Shown here: in pieces, positions 8,901-18,121 of the stretch
Layout: each line of letters starts with the position of its first letter
Position numbering within the stretch: position 1 is the stretch's first letter
Assembly (NCBI GenBank): GCA_001798595.1
Contig: MGSS01000144.1
Coordinates: 14,032-78,031, forward strand
DNA from: Deltaproteobacteria bacterium RIFCSPLOWO2_12_FULL_60_19
GTDB taxonomy: Bacteria; Desulfobacterota; Binatia; UBA9968
Direction of reading: 5' to 3'
Length of the DNA: 64,000 bases
Translations under genes and position numbers: made by a program
Notes under the pieces: model-generated
Told to the model about the DNA's origin: nothing
The model's input: only the letters and a program-made list of their open reading frames with translations
Databases searched by the model: none

Positions 8901-9194
8901 ATGTGGATCCGACTGCTTGTGTTGTCTGTCCTTTTTTCTGTTGCGGGATGTTATTATCACGGACGCGACTTTCCCACGGTTCCTATAGAGGAGCTGCGTC
9001 CCAACGTTACGACCAAGAGCCAGGTCTACGGCAACTTCGGCGAGCCGAACGAAAAAGGCTCGGACAGCGGCCTTGAGACCTGGACGTACTACTACGAATT
9101 GTGGACGGTGACCGGGGTCCAAGACAAAAAGCGGCTGCACGTCACGTTCAACCAAAACGGCACGCTGCGCAATTACTCCTACAGCGCGCAATAA
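8901..9194 (+). CDS. Small lipoprotein, possibly BamE/SmpA-OmlA-like
   Basis: Signal peptide with lipobox (LFSVAGC). It is ~75 aa when mature, with a KSQVYGNFGEPN...ETWTYYY pattern reminiscent of the BamE fold. Confidence 0.45.
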   Translation: MWIRLLVLSVLFSVAGCYYHGRDFPTVPIEELRPNVTTKSQVYGNFGEPNEKGSDSGLETWTYYYELWTVTGVQDKKRLHVTFNQNGTLRNYSYSAQ

Positions 9195-9215
9195 ACCGTC
9201 CCATCATTCCCATAC

Positions 9216-10310
9216 GTGGGAACAGCTGAAACAGCTTTGACCGCATCAGCTCAAGTCACGCCAAAACGTCTAAACCTCTTTGAGCGATACCTGACGGTGT
9301 GGGTGGCTCTCTGCATGGGACTAGGGGTCCTGCTGGGCAAATCGCTGCCCGGACTCGTCTCCGCCGTTCGCGAAATGGAGTTCGGCGCCGCCAGCCACAT
9401 CAACGTTCCTATCGCCGTGCTGATATGGCTGATGATTTATCCGATGATGTTGAAGGTGGACTTTGCCTCTGTGCTGGGCGTGGGCAAGCGTCCCGAGGGC
9501 TTGCTCATCACGTTGTTCGTCAACTGGCTGGTCAAGCCGTTCAGCATGGCGCTTCTTGGATGGCTCTTTTTCAAGCGGCTGTTTCTACCGCTCATCGGCG
9601 CGCCGTTGGCGGACCAGTATATCGCCGGCGTGATTATCCTGGCTGCGGCGCCTTGCACCGCAATGGTTTTCGTGTGGAGTTATCTGACAGACGGCGACCC
9701 GGCTTACACGCTGGTTCAGGTATCGTTGAACGACCTCATCATGCTGTTCGCGTTCGCGCCCATTGTCACGCTCCTGGTGAGCGGAGCCTCAGCCTTGACG
9801 GTCCCGTTTATCGTGCTGCTCTACGCGGTGATCCTGTTCATCGTGATTCCGCTGGCGGCCGGTAGCCTGACCCGGGTGTGGCTCGTGCGCGCGCGCGGGT
9901 TGGAATGGTTCGAAAAAACGTTCCTGCCGGCGTTGCATCCGATTTCCATCCTTGCGCTGCTGACCACGCTGGTCATCGTCTTCGCGTTTCAGGCGGACAA
10001 CCTCACCAACCGGTTTTTTCACGTCATCCTGATTGCGGTTCCGATTCTGATTCAGGTCTACTTCAACTCGTGGCTGGTGTATGGTTTGATGCGGCGGTTC
10101 AGGGCCCCCCACAACGTCGCCGCGCCGGGCGCGCTCATTGGAGCGTCGAACTTTTTTGAGTTGGCTGTGGCGACGGCGATTGCGTTGTTCGGCGCGGAGT
10201 CGGGAGCGGCGCTGGCGACGGTGGTGGGGGTGTTGGTGGAAGTGCCGGTTATGCTGTCGGTCTGCTCGTTCTGCAACCGCACGCGCCACTGGTTTCCACA
10301 GGCGGCGTGA
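9216..10310 (+). CDS. arsB: ACR3-family arsenite efflux transporter
   Basis: LNLFERYLTVWVALCMGLGVLLG N-terminus and ~10 TM segments typical of ACR3. It is followed directly by arsC. Confidence 0.8.
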   Translation: MGTAETALTASAQVTPKRLNLFERYLTVWVALCMGLGVLLGKSLPGLVSAVREMEFGAASHINVPIAVLIWLMIYPMMLKVDFASVLGVGKRPEGLLITLFVNWLVKPFSMALLGWLFFKRLFLPLIGAPLADQYIAGVIILAAAPCTAMVFVWSYLTDGDPAYTLVQVSLNDLIMLFAFAPIVTLLVSGASALTVPFIVLLYAVILFIVIPLAAGSLTRVWLVRARGLEWFEKTFLPALHPISILALLTTLVIVFAFQADNLTNRFFHVILIAVPILIQVYFNSWLVYGLMRRFRAPHNVAAPGALIGASNFFELAVATAIALFGAESGAALATVVGVLVEVPVMLSVCSFCNRTRHWFPQAA

Positions 10311-10339
10311 GCGGCGTGGGCTGCGACGCGAGGTGAACC

Positions 10340-10777
10340 ATGAAAAAACGAGTGCTCTTCGTTTGCGTTCACAACAGCGCCCGCAGCCAAATGGCGGAGG
10401 CGTTTTTAAATCGGATGTGCGGCGACGTATTCGAGGCGGAAAGCGCCGGACTGGAGCCGGGGGCGCTCAACCTGCTGGCTGTCGAAGCGATGCGGGAAAT
10501 CGGAATCGACATCGGCGGGAACGGGACGCGCGGGGTGTCGGAGGTCATCGAGTCGGGCCAGAAATTCGATTGTGTTATAACGGTTTGCGACGAGAGCAGC
10601 GCCGAGCAATGCCCCGTTGTTCCCGGCGTCGCCGAGCGGCTACACTGGAATTTTCCCGACCCGGCTAAGTTTACGGGCACCTGGGAAGAAAGACTGGAGC
10701 AGACCAGAAACATCCGAGACGCGATTGAATCTAAGATCGAACAGTTTTGTCCGTCCGGCTGTCGAGCGGTGGCGTAG
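10340..10777 (+). CDS. arsC: Arsenate reductase (LMW-PTP/thioredoxin-coupled type)
   Basis: CVHNSARSQMAEA P-loop with downstream Cys residues. It is 145 aa. Confidence 0.8.
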   Translation: MKKRVLFVCVHNSARSQMAEAFLNRMCGDVFEAESAGLEPGALNLLAVEAMREIGIDIGGNGTRGVSEVIESGQKFDCVITVCDESSAEQCPVVPGVAERLHWNFPDPAKFTGTWEERLEQTRNIRDAIESKIEQFCPSGCRAVA

Positions 10778-12650
10778 GGACGCTTGAACTGCTCGCCTCA
10801 TTTTCCGCCGGCAGAAGAATTCGCACGGTGGTTCCTTTTTGCAAGCGGCTTTCGATCGCCAACGATCCTCCGTGGGCCTGAACGATATGCTTCACGATCG
10901 CTAATCCCAAGCCGGTTCCTCCGAGCTCGCGCGAGCGCGCCTTGTCCACGCGGTAGAAGCGCTCGGTCAGGCGGGGCAGCTCCTTTTCGGGAATGCCGCA
11001 GCCGGTGTCGGACACACTCAGCTCGACAAAGTGGGAATTGGGAGTTAGGGATTGAAAATTAGGGGTTCGGGATTCGGGAGTGGCCCCAATTCCTAATTCC
11101 CGATCCCTAATTCCACCCGACCGGGCCGCGATCGTGATGCTTCCCTTGTCGGTGTATTTGAGCGCGTTGTCGATCAGGTTGATGAGGAGTTGCTGCAGCC
11201 GGTCCGGATCTCCGAGAATAGGAGGCAACTCCGGCTCGATCTGCCGGAGCAGCGCAACGTCCTTCCGCTGCGCCTGATCCTGGAAAATTTCCAATACCTT
11301 GCCGATTAATTCCGCAGCCTGCAGCTTTTCTCTGGCGATTTGAATCTTTCCCGATTCGAGATCCGACAGAGTCAGCAAATCGTCGATGAGCCGGCCGAGC
11401 CTCTCGGAGTGGCGGTGGATGATGCCGAGAAAATGCTCCGCCTCCTTCGGATCCGCCGGCGGAGATCGAAGCAGGGTTTCGGCATAGCCCCGAATGGCGG
11501 TCAGCGGGGTGCGCAGCTCGTGAGACACGTTGGCGACGAAATCGGCGCGAACGGTTTCCAGCCGCTTGAGCTCCGTGACATCGTGAAGGACCAGGATGTA
11601 CCCGAGCGGCTTCTCATCCACGCCTCTCAGGGTCACTGCGTTGACATGGAACCACTTTCCTTCGTCTAAGCAGATATCTTTCGTAAAGCACGCCGTGGAG
11701 CAATCGCAGGCCAGAACCTCCGCCAGGAGTTTTTTCATTTCCGGATGACGCGACAACTCGACGAGCGAGGCGCCGTGGGGATCCGACTCCTCGGGGAGAT
11801 TGAACATCCTTTTGGCATTTTCATTGAGCAGGATCAGCCGCCCCCGGGTATCCACGACCAGAACGCCCTCGGTCATGCATCTGAGGATCGAATCGACCTT
11901 CTCCTTTTCCGCCGTTACGCCGGCGATCGTCTCCTGAATGCTGCGGCTCATCGCATGGAGATTGTGTTCCAGAATGCCGAGCTCGTCGGTCCTGCCGAGC
12001 AAGATCGGCTGCTGGGAAAAGCGACCTCGGGCGACGTTGTCGGAGAATTCCAGCATCCGTTTAATTCTTTGTTCTAAGCGATGGGAAACGAAAAAGGCTA
12101 CGAGCAGTCCCGCCGCCGAGAAGAGCAGCAGTCCGGCCAACATCGCGCGCCGCAAGGAGCTTTCCGCCGCCTCGATGGAGTCCAGAGGGACAGAGAGCCG
12201 GACGATCCATCTGCGACCGGCTTCTCGTAAAAGGACGGCCTGGTATAACATTTCATGCCGGACGGTGGCGCTGTAACGGATACTCGTTCCGCCGCCTTTG
12301 GATGCCGCATCCAGCACCTCCGGCCGCGTCCCGTGATTTTCCATCGTGACCGAAGGTTCGTCCGAGTCGCCCAGCACCTTGCCGCCCAGGTCGATAACGG
12401 TGATGCGAACTCCCAGATCCCGGCCCAGGTCGCGGCAGATTCGATCCAGCGCGGCTCCTTCGAGGCCTACGGGTAGCAAGCGCATCACGATCTTTGCTTC
12501 ATCGCGCATCTTAGCCGACAACGACGAGATGTGAAAATCCTTCACAATCGCCGTGGCGTAGAGATAAAAGAGGAGAAACAGAAGGAGAACGACGGCGAGA
12601 TAGGAGAGGAAGAGCCTGACGACGACTCTATTTTTCCAGGGCCTTTTCAT
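10731..12650 (-). CDS. phoR: Phosphate regulon sensor histidine kinase PhoR (TM + PAS + HisKA + HATPase)
   Basis: SHELRTPLTAI H-box and GGTGLGLAIV G-box. It sits downstream of phoB and is translationally overlapped with it. Confidence 0.8.
   Translation of the reverse strand: MKRPWKNRVVVRLFLSYLAVVLLLFLLFYLYATAIVKDFHISSLSAKMRDEAKIVMRLLPVGLEGAALDRICRDLGRDLGVRITVIDLGGKVLGDSDEPSVTMENHGTRPEVLDAASKGGGTSIRYSATVRHEMLYQAVLLREAGRRWIVRLSVPLDSIEAAESSLRRAMLAGLLLFSAAGLLVAFFVSHRLEQRIKRMLEFSDNVARGRFSQQPILLGRTDELGILEHNLHAMSRSIQETIAGVTAEKEKVDSILRCMTEGVLVVDTRGRLILLNENAKRMFNLPEESDPHGASLVELSRHPEMKKLLAEVLACDCSTACFTKDICLDEGKWFHVNAVTLRGVDEKPLGYILVLHDVTELKRLETVRADFVANVSHELRTPLTAIRGYAETLLRSPPADPKEAEHFLGIIHRHSERLGRLIDDLLTLSDLESGKIQIAREKLQAAELIGKVLEIFQDQAQRKDVALLRQIEPELPPILGDPDRLQQLLINLIDNALKYTDKGSITIAARSGGIRDRELGIGATPESRTPNFQSLTPNSHFVELSVSDTGCGIPEKELPRLTERFYRVDKARSRELGGTGLGLAIVKHIVQAHGGSLAIESRLQKGTTVRILLPAENEASSSSVPTPPLDSRTDKTVRS
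11030..11115. repeat. In-frame low-GC palindromic G-tract (TTAGGG/TTCGGG-like) insertion inside phoR
   Basis: GGGAATTGGGAGTTAGGGATTGAAAATTAGGGGTTCGGGATTCGGG followed by its approximate reverse complement CCCCAATTCCTAATTCCCGATCCCTAATTCC. It encodes an extra ~25-aa loop (IRDRELGIGATPESRTPNFQSLTPNS) between the N-box and G1-box regions. Confidence 0.5.
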
Positions 12651-13341
12651 CGAATTTGTAACCCACTCCCCGGACCGTGAGAACCCATTCGGGCTTGCGG
12701 TCGTTCTTTTCGATTGCCTTTCTCAGCCTGCGGATATGGACGTCCACGGTGCGGGAATCGACGAAGACCTCGCCTCCCCAAACCCGGTCGAGCAGTTGAT
12801 CCCGACTCAGGACCCTGCCGGGATTTTGGACCAGGAATCGGAGCAGCTCAAATTCCTTGAGCGTGAGGCGGACCGCTTTGCCTCTGACAAAAATCTCGTA
12901 AGTCGAGAAGTTGATCTTGAGGGGGCCCTTTTCATAGACCTCCGCTCCCGCGGCCGCGAACGAAGCCTCGCTCCTGCGCAGAATCGCTTTGACGCGCGCG
13001 ACCAGCTCCCTGGGGCTGAAGGGCTTGGTCAGATAATCGTCGGCGCCCATCTCCAATCCGACGACGCGGTCGGCCTCGCCCGCCTTCGCCGTCAGCATGA
13101 GGATCGGCAGCCGGGCGGTCTCCGGCCGCGCGCGCAGGCTGCGGCATAGCTCCAACCCCGACATTCCCGGCAGCATCAGGTCCAGAATCACCAGCTGAGG
13201 CTTTTCCCGCTGGAGCATCTTAAGCGCCTCTTCCCCGTCCTCGGCTTCGACGACCTGAAAGCGCTCTTGCGCCAAGTTATAATGGACGAGCTTCCGTATA
13301 TCGGGCTCGTCTTCGACCACTAGGATTTTCTTCGCAGCCAT
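12628..13341 (-). CDS. phoB: Phosphate regulon response regulator PhoB
   Basis: OmpR family, opening KILVVEDEPDIRKLV. It sits between phoU and phoR. Confidence 0.85.
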   Translation of the reverse strand: MAAKKILVVEDEPDIRKLVHYNLAQERFQVVEAEDGEEALKMLQREKPQLVILDLMLPGMSGLELCRSLRARPETARLPILMLTAKAGEADRVVGLEMGADDYLTKPFSPRELVARVKAILRRSEASFAAAGAEVYEKGPLKINFSTYEIFVRGKAVRLTLKEFELLRFLVQNPGRVLSRDQLLDRVWGGEVFVDSRTVDVHIRRLRKAIEKNDRKPEWVLTVRGVGYKFDEKALEK

Positions 13342-13354
13342 AACCGGGTTGGAT

Positions 13355-13430
13355 ACGGTTCAAAGGGGTCAAAATAGTTCAATAGGTTCAAAATGTTTTG
13401 AACGACTTGAACTTTTTGAACAGCGTCCGT
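13355..13430. promoter_or_regulatory. Array of GTTCAA/TTGAAC hexamers at ~9-bp periodicity, including a perfect 8+8 palindrome GTTCAAAAtGTTTTGAAC, in the phoU-phoB intergenic region
   Basis: In coding (minus) orientation it reads GTTCAAAAA-GTTCAAGTC-GTTCAAAAC-ATTTTGAAC-CTATTGAAC. It lies ~20-90 bp upstream of the phoB start. Confidence 0.4.
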
Positions 13431-13443
13431 CTTCGCATCCGCC

Positions 13444-14130
13444 CTAGATCGACTGCGGCAACTCTTTGAGATGGCGGATGCTCTTGCCTTTCACCATGAA
13501 GACGACCATCTCGGCGATATTGGTGGCGTGGTCGGCGATGCGTTCAAGATATTTTGAGATAAAGGAGATCTTCATCGCCCGATTGATCGTGTGGGGGTCC
13601 TCGATCATGAAGCTGACGGTTTCGCGGAAAACCTGGCTGTTGAGATCGTCCACCTCTTGATCGTCCTTGCAGACTTTCAAGGCTAGATTCGTGTCTTCGC
13701 GCACGAAGGCGTCGAGGCTTTCGTGAATCATCCGCTGCGAAATCCTCGCCATGCGGGGAATGTCGATGTAGGGCTTGAGCTGGGGCTCCGCATTAAGCTC
13801 TAAAGCTCGCTCGCAGATGTTGACGGCCATGTCGCCGATCCGCTCCAGATCGGTCGTGATCTTCAAAGCGGTGGTGATGAAACGCAAGTCCCGCGCCGCC
13901 GGCTGGTGCAGAGCGAGGAGCTGGATGCAGAGCTCGTCGATCTCCACGTCCAGGGTGTTCACTTCCTTGTCCCGTTCGATAATCGTTGCGGCCATATTGG
14001 AATCCCGGTCGACCAACGAGCTGACCGCTTTCTGAATCTGATCCTCCACCAATCCTCCCATGTAGAGGATGTCCTCGCGAAGCTTCTTCAGGTCTTCCTC
14101 GTATCTTTTGTCCGTGTGCTGGGTTAACAT
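13444..14130 (-). CDS. phoU: Phosphate signalling complex protein PhoU
   Basis: 228 aa with two PhoU repeats. Confidence 0.9.
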   Translation of the reverse strand: MLTQHTDKRYEEDLKKLREDILYMGGLVEDQIQKAVSSLVDRDSNMAATIIERDKEVNTLDVEIDELCIQLLALHQPAARDLRFITTALKITTDLERIGDMAVNICERALELNAEPQLKPYIDIPRMARISQRMIHESLDAFVREDTNLALKVCKDDQEVDDLNSQVFRETVSFMIEDPHTINRAMKISFISKYLERIADHATNIAEMVVFMVKGKSIRHLKELPQSI

Positions 14131-14139
14131 CTCTCCCCC

Positions 14140-14200
14140 TTTGAACGTCTCCCGCCGTTAAACCGGTCAAGCCGTTCAAAATGTTCAAATCGTTCAACTC
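14140..14200. promoter_or_regulatory. Second array of TTGAAC hexamers at 9-bp periodicity, in the pstB-phoU intergenic region
   Basis: In coding orientation it reads GTTGAACGA-TTTGAACAT-TTTGAACGG-CTTGACCGG, then GTTCAAAGGGGGGAGAG before the phoU ATG. Confidence 0.4.
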
Positions 14201-14201
14201 G

Positions 14202-14981
14202 TCATCCGAACCTGCCCGTGATGTAGTCCTCCGTCTGGCGTTTCTCCGGGTTGGTGAAGATCCTGCCCGTCTCGCCGAATTCTATCAATTCGCCGAGGTA
14301 GAAGAAAGCCGTGACGTCGGATACGCGCGCGGCCTGCTGCATGTTATGGGTCACGATCACAATCGTGAAGGTATGCTTGAGCTCGTGAATCAACTCCTCG
14401 ATCTTGGCCGTGGAGATGGGGTCGAGAGCGGAGCAGGGCTCATCCATGAGCAGGACCTCGGGCTCGACCGCCAAGGCGCGGGCGATGCAAAGGCGCTGTT
14501 GCTGTCCGCCGGAAAGGTCGGAGGCGCTCTTGTGCAAATTGTCCTTCACCTCGTCCCAGAGGGCGGCCCGCTTGAGATTGTTCTCCACCACCTCGTCCAG
14601 CCGGCTCCGGTTGTTGATGCCGACGATCCTCAAGCCATAGACGACATTTTCATAAATGCTCTTGGGAAACGGGTTCCACTTCTGAAAGATCATTCCCACG
14701 CGGCGGCGGAGATCGATGACGTCCGTCCCTGCGTCGTAGATGTCCCGGCCGTCGAGCTTGACGGAGCCTTTGATGGAGACGTTGGAAACGAGGTCGTTCA
14801 TCCGGTTCAGACAGCGGAGGAGTGTCGTCTTGCCGCAACCCGAAGGCCCGATGAACGCGGTTGCCTGCTTTCCGGGAATGTCCACGTTGACGGACTTGAG
14901 CGCCCGGACAGTTCCGTAATAAAAATCGAGATCCCGGACTTGGATGATGGGCTCGGATGGAAGTGTCATCGTCGCTACCAT
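14202..14981 (-). CDS. pstB: Phosphate ABC transporter ATP-binding protein PstB
   Basis: The listed 491-aa ORF is an artefactual N-terminal extension. The true start is [11 protein letters not shown] (ATG 14979-14981). Walker [10 protein letters not shown] and signature LSGGQQQR are present. Confidence 0.9.
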   Translation of the reverse strand: MVATMTLPSEPIIQVRDLDFYYGTVRALKSVNVDIPGKQATAFIGPSGCGKTTLLRCLNRMNDLVSNVSIKGSVKLDGRDIYDAGTDVIDLRRRVGMIFQKWNPFPKSIYENVVYGLRIVGINNRSRLDEVVENNLKRAALWDEVKDNLHKSASDLSGGQQQRLCIARALAVEPEVLLMDEPCSALDPISTAKIEELIHELKHTFTIVIVTHNMQQAARVSDVTAFFYLGELIEFGETGRIFTNPEKRQTEDYITGRFG

Positions 14982-15895
14982 CGGATGCGCTTGCGAAAGC
15001 GGTAGCGCAGGTAGATGGCCAGCGCGTTCATAGCCAGAGTCATGACCATGAGGACAAGCCCTGTCGCCGCGGCGTTCAGATGAAATTCCTCCTGCGGGCG
15101 GGAAACCCAGTTGAACATCTGGATCGGCATCACGGTGAACGGAGACATGAGCCAGTCGAACGAAATGAAGGGGAATTCCGGTTTGACCGGGGAATCGGGA
15201 AGGAAGGCGATGAAGGTGAGGGCGCCGATGGTGATCAGCGGCGCCGTTTCTCCGATCGCCCGCGAGAGCGCGATGATGACTCCGGTGAGAATGCCCCCCG
15301 TCGAGTAAGGCAGGACGTGGTCCTTCACCATCTGCCACTTGGTTGCTCCGAGGGCATACGCCGCTTCGCGCATAATGCCGGGAACGGCCCGGATCGCTTC
15401 GCGGGTGGCGACGATGACGATGGGAAGAATCAGCAGCGCCAGGGTCAGCCCGGCGGTCAGGATACTGTGGCCGAGACGAAGCTGATACACGAACAGCCCC
15501 AGAGCCATAAGCCCGTAGACGATCGAAGGAACTCCCGCGAGATTGGCGATGTTGATTTCGATCAGCGCGGTCAGCCAGTTTTTCGGCGCATACTCCTCCA
15601 GATAAACTCCTGCGGCCACGCCCAGCGGAACGGCGGTCAGCGCGGTGACAAGCATAACGAGCGTGGTGCCCACCCATGCCGAGAGGATCCCCGCCTGCTC
15701 GGGGAAGCGCGAAGGGAAGGAGAGGAGAAACTGCCGGCTCAGCCGGCCCGCGCCATCGGTTGCCAGATCGATCATCAAAGCGAAAAGCGTGATCAAGCCG
15801 ATGAAAGTGGCCAGGAGTCCCAGCATCGCGAACGTCCGGTCGTAAAACTTGCGGCGGGCGGTCTTGTTATCCCGACTACTTTGATTCCGCTCCAT
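14975..15895 (-). CDS. pstA: Phosphate ABC transporter permease PstA
   Basis: 306 aa, 6 TM, with the permease EAA-like loop ([10 protein letters not shown]). Confidence 0.85.
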   Translation of the reverse strand: MERNQSSRDNKTARRKFYDRTFAMLGLLATFIGLITLFALMIDLATDGAGRLSRQFLLSFPSRFPEQAGILSAWVGTTLVMLVTALTAVPLGVAAGVYLEEYAPKNWLTALIEINIANLAGVPSIVYGLMALGLFVYQLRLGHSILTAGLTLALLILPIVIVATREAIRAVPGIMREAAYALGATKWQMVKDHVLPYSTGGILTGVIIALSRAIGETAPLITIGALTFIAFLPDSPVKPEFPFISFDWLMSPFTVMPIQMFNWVSRPQEEFHLNAAATGLVLMVMTLAMNALAIYLRYRFRKRIRW

Positions 15896-15896
15896 C

Positions 15897-16856
15897 TCAG
15901 TAAATCTCCCGGAATTTCTTGCGGAGCAGGTAGCCGGCGATGTTGAAGACGAGCGTCATCAGCATCAACGTCAAACCCGCGGCGAAGATGCTCTGATAGG
16001 CGACGCTTCCGTGGGGCAGGTCGCCCAAGCTCACCTGAACGATGTAAGCCGTGATGGTCGCCGCTCCCTGCATGGGATTCAGCGTGAGGTTGGGCTGCTG
16101 CCCGGCCGCGATGGCGACGACCATGGTCTCGCCGACGGCCCGCGAAAAGCCCAGGACATAAGCCGATGCGATGCCGGAAAAGGCGGACGGAACGAGCACC
16201 CGCAGGGCGGTCTGGAGACGGGTCGCGCCCATGGCATACGAGCCTTCTCGAATCTGCACCGGGACGGCTCTCATAGCGTCCTCACTCAGAGAGCTGACGT
16301 AGGGAATGATCATGATGCCGATCACGATGCCGGCCGAGAGCATGTTGAAGCCGGGAAGGTCCGGCAGAAGACGCTGCAACAGAGGAGTCACGAGGAGCAG
16401 AGCGAAATAACCGAAAACCACCGTCGGGACGGCGCTGAGCATCTCCAAGGCGGGCTTGATGATTTCGCGCACCCGGTGGCTTGCGTACTCGCTCAGGTAG
16501 ATGGCGATGACGGTGCCGAGCGGCAAGGCCACGAGCAGGGCGACCGCTGAAGTCACCACGGTTCCCGCCACCAGCGGCATGATGCCGTAGTGCGGATCGG
16601 CGAACAGCACTGTCCACTGGGTGTCCGTGAGAAACTCTACGACGGAGACATGGCTGAAAAAGGAGAAGGACTCATAGAGCAGAATCCCGACGATGCCCAC
16701 CGTGATCCCGATCGAGGAGAGGGCGGATAAAAAGAGCAGCGCCTCGACGACCCGCTCTCCCGGCCGGCGAGTCGAGCTACGAGCGGCGAATTGCCGAGTC
16801 GCCGCCGTGGCGTGTGCCGTTTCCGCGTGATTCATAGGTGTGAAGCAGGGCATCAT
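15897..16856 (-). CDS. pstC: Phosphate ABC transporter permease PstC
   Basis: 319 aa permease with [11 protein letters not shown] motif. Confidence 0.85.
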   Translation of the reverse strand: MMPCFTPMNHAETAHATAATRQFAARSSTRRPGERVVEALLFLSALSSIGITVGIVGILLYESFSFFSHVSVVEFLTDTQWTVLFADPHYGIMPLVAGTVVTSAVALLVALPLGTVIAIYLSEYASHRVREIIKPALEMLSAVPTVVFGYFALLLVTPLLQRLLPDLPGFNMLSAGIVIGIMIIPYVSSLSEDAMRAVPVQIREGSYAMGATRLQTALRVLVPSAFSGIASAYVLGFSRAVGETMVVAIAAGQQPNLTLNPMQGAATITAYIVQVSLGDLPHGSVAYQSIFAAGLTLMLMTLVFNIAGYLLRKKFREIY

Positions 16857-16890
16857 GGCGATGCCCTGCTTCGTTTCGATATTTCAGCCT

Positions 16891-17877
16891 TTAGAACTTG
16901 GCCTCGCGCTTGAGCAGCTCTTCAATCTTGATGCCCACCTGGGCCTCGCCTCCGAATACGGTCCCGATCTTGCCCTTCTGGAAATGCTCGAGTCCCAGCG
17001 TATAGGCGTTGGCGGGAAGGGCCACGTATTTTATCTGCCTTACGAGCTTCGCGGCGTTCTGCATATAGAACTCCACGAACTCTTTGACTTCGGGTTTTTC
17101 AGCAGCTTTCTTGCTCACGTAGATGAAGATCGGCCTTGATAGGGGCTGATACGTTCCATCTTCGACGGTTTTGGGGGAAGGCGGCACGACCTCTTTGCCG
17201 CCGTCGATCCCCACGGCCTTGAGCTTCTTTTGGTTCTCGACGTAATAGGCGAAGCCGAAATATCCGAGCGCGTTCTTGTCGTTGGCGATGCCCTGCACCA
17301 ATACGTTGTCGTCTTCACTGGCGGTGAAGTCGCCGCGGCTGGCCTTCGCCTTGCCCACGATCGCTTCGGTGAAATAATCGAACGTGCCGGAATCGGCGCC
17401 CGGACCGAAGAGCTTCAGAGGCGCGTTTGGCCAGGACGCTCGGACCTGGTTCCAGGTCGTGACCTTCCCCTGGGCGGCCGGCTCCCAGATTTTTTTCAGG
17501 TCCGCGACCGTCATGGACGAGACCCAATCGTTTTTGGGATTGACCATCACCGTCAAGGCGTCGAAGGCCACGGGCAGCTCGTAGTATTGAACGCTCGCCT
17601 GTTTACACGCCTCCATCTCTTGTTTAAGAATCGGCCGGGAGGCGTCGCTGATATCGGTCTCGCCCCGGCAGAACTTTTTGAAACCCCCGCCAGTCCCGGA
17701 GATTCCGACGGTCACCTTGACCTTTCCCTTTTTTGCTTTCTGGAACTCTTCAGCGACCGCCTCTGTGACCGGAAAGACGGTGCTGGAGCCGTCGATTTGG
17801 ACGATCTGGGCGCGGGCTTGAGCGCCCGTGAGGGATGCCATGAGAGCGAAAAACGTTACAAGTGCTTTGGTGTTCAT
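16891..17877 (-). CDS. pstS: Phosphate-binding protein PstS
   Basis: The probable true start is [21 protein letters not shown] (signal peptide). The upstream 'MEETE' codons of the listed ORF coincide with the RBS (GGAGGAAACTGA-ATG). Confidence 0.85.
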   Translation of the reverse strand: MNTKALVTFFALMASLTGAQARAQIVQIDGSSTVFPVTEAVAEEFQKAKKGKVKVTVGISGTGGGFKKFCRGETDISDASRPILKQEMEACKQASVQYYELPVAFDALTVMVNPKNDWVSSMTVADLKKIWEPAAQGKVTTWNQVRASWPNAPLKLFGPGADSGTFDYFTEAIVGKAKASRGDFTASEDDNVLVQGIANDKNALGYFGFAYYVENQKKLKAVGIDGGKEVVPPSPKTVEDGTYQPLSRPIFIYVSKKAAEKPEVKEFVEFYMQNAAKLVRQIKYVALPANAYTLGLEHFQKGKIGTVFGGEAQVGIKIEELLKREAKF

Positions 17878-17908
17878 TTCAGTTTCCTCCATTTCTTTAC
17901 TCCTGCAT

Positions 17909-17948
17909 TGTTACGAACGTGTTACGCATCTGTGAACTGTCAGTGACA
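17909..17948 (-). promoter_or_regulatory. Pho-box-like array: four 7-mers at exact 11-bp periodicity upstream of pstS
   Basis: In coding orientation: TGTCACT-gaca-GTTCACA-gatg-CGTAACA-cgtt-CGTAACA. This is a PhoB-type direct-repeat architecture in the -35 position of the first pst gene. Confidence 0.5.
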
Positions 17949-18121
17949 TGGGCTACGGCAACGTAACGGCATTGGTTCGCCTCCTTAAGGGCAGATCCTT
18001 TTCTAGAGCCCGATGATGGCGCCGGAATCCTACAGGAGGATGAAAGGCAGATTAAAAGAAGGTGAAGGCGGGAGAGATTTTCCTCTTTATATCCAGTCGC
18101 GTCTCTGCTAAGCCGAGGCGT

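Noticed and set aside
14982-15677. N-terminal ~230-aa extension of the ORF containing pstB
   Set aside because: The extension is an out-of-frame read-through across pstA and has no ABC-ATPase features. PstB starts at [11 protein letters not shown] with normal spacing to pstA.
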